Origin: Selaginella moellendorffii
Lineage: Eukaryota; Plantae; Lycopodiophyta
DNA: 64,000 nt
Reading direction: 5' to 3'
Assembly (NCBI RefSeq): GCF_000143415.4
Contig: NW_003314289.1
Coordinates: 499,579 to 563,578 of the forward strand
A model generated the notes under the pieces. That model had not been told where the DNA came from, did not search any database, and saw only the letters and a program-made list of their open reading frames with translations. A program made the position numbers and the translations under genes. Below, in pieces: positions 62,651-64,000 of this stretch (the stretch's first letter is position 1; each line of letters opens with the position of its first letter).

Positions 62651-64000
62651 TCAAAATAACAATCCGTTTTTTCTAAGGGTTGTAGTAAAGTTAAATTAAA
62701 GCTTCCTATATATTAAATTCCAAATCTTCTTACTAAAGAGGTATTAATTATAGTGCTCCAAAGGTAGTGCTACATGTTTCTACAAAATTTTGCTCCTAAT
62801 ATGGTGGAACTACTTGAAAGTATAGAACACTATTATATTTTATGTTTAATGCTTATTGTTTTTGGACAAAACAAATGGCTCTATAGGTTTATAAACTTTT
62901 CTTAAGCACTGTAGCAATTGCCTAACAATGGGTCTGGAAAATATGCACACATGGATATATAATAGATTCAAGAATGAGTTATTGATATATACCTATTATC
63001 ACTTCATGGTGAAGAACATCTCTTTAGGAAATATTGCATCGGCTAGTGCAAAATATAGGGTTTTTATACCACCCTACAGTGGAATGTAAAATCTAGGATT
63101 GCTTTACTATACTATAGTATTGTCTCTTTTAAAACTATATAAACCTTTTATACTAATATGCCATAAACCACTTCTTTAACTACAATTGCCACTATTTGGG
63201 CAAATGGAGTCATTTTCCTCTTTTATTTTATTATGTAATATTTCAACAAAAGGCCATGTTTTTATATATTTTCCTTCCTCGAATGCTAATGATTTTAAAG
63301 ATTACTCTATAGCATATATCAAATCCAATAAACTTGCAACAAACTTATCTTCCCTTTCTCTATCTCAGAGGAACATTAGCGCCAGTGCTTATTCTTAGAG
63401 ATATTTATAGTTTGGGTGTATATAAAGTCCTCAAGTGGTTGGTCCTAATAAAAATTATAATATTATAAAACAACAAAAATAAATAAGATATAAGAGACTA
63501 TAGCTCTTTTACTCACTCCATTGTGAGGAAAGTAGTATATCCTAGCTTTGCAGATGGCCCAATATAAAAAAGGATTTTTGTAGAATTAACACTTGAATCC
63601 AACAATAATGGTGTCATGGGCAAAAGGATTAATTGTAGAACCTTCAAAAAATATGAAATTTCTAAAGTAATCTCAATTGTATGCTTTATCTATGTAATCC
63701 AAATGCTTACCATGGTGAACTGTAGACATTATCTATTCAAAATACTAGAAATATGTGATTTTGATCTTATATCAATAGTAGATATCCTATTTAGTCTCCA
63801 TCCCCTTCTATTTGGATCCAAAGCAATCGATAAAAATGGTAGCTTAAAGTTGTTGCTATTATAGGAGGATGGAAGCTCACTCTTAGGCCTATAGCAAAAT
63901 AAGCACATGTTAATTTGAAAGAGAGATAATTAAAAGGCATTACTAATAACTTTGAATATGTATAAAGATGGAGCTAGTGAATTTGGGCTAGCACTAACAT

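Overview
This is eukaryotic plant nuclear DNA. Very short GT-AG introns (about 50-70 nt), intronless PLS-type PPR genes and compact gene spacing suggest a Selaginella-like lycophyte (inference). Bases 1-26.5 kb are a gene-dense patchwork of local duplications, where intact genes sit beside decayed paralogues: a PPR-E gene, a 5-exon orphan gene, a secreted Cys-rich peptide, glucuronokinase, an LRR receptor-like protein, an F-box gene, an MTP6-type CDF transporter and a tRNA-Ala pseudogene, plus Ty3/gypsy remnants. Bases about 27.3-53.1 kb appear to be one large decayed DNA transposon between imperfect inverted repeats. It carries a GCM-like/MULE/SWIM transposase, a divergently oriented spliced gene fusing a ParB-like domain to a beta-class amino-(N4C/N6A) DNA methyltransferase domain, and two paralogous small Zn-finger-like genes. 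Four younger elements are nested inside it: a truncated chromovirus, a 5S-rRNA-containing Cassandra-like solo LTR, a hAT element and a non-autonomous LTR element. The right end holds a YebC/TACO1 gene, a B-lectin gene, more Cassandra-like TRIM copies and an assembly gap. All calls come from reading and translating the sequence by eye; no database searches were run.
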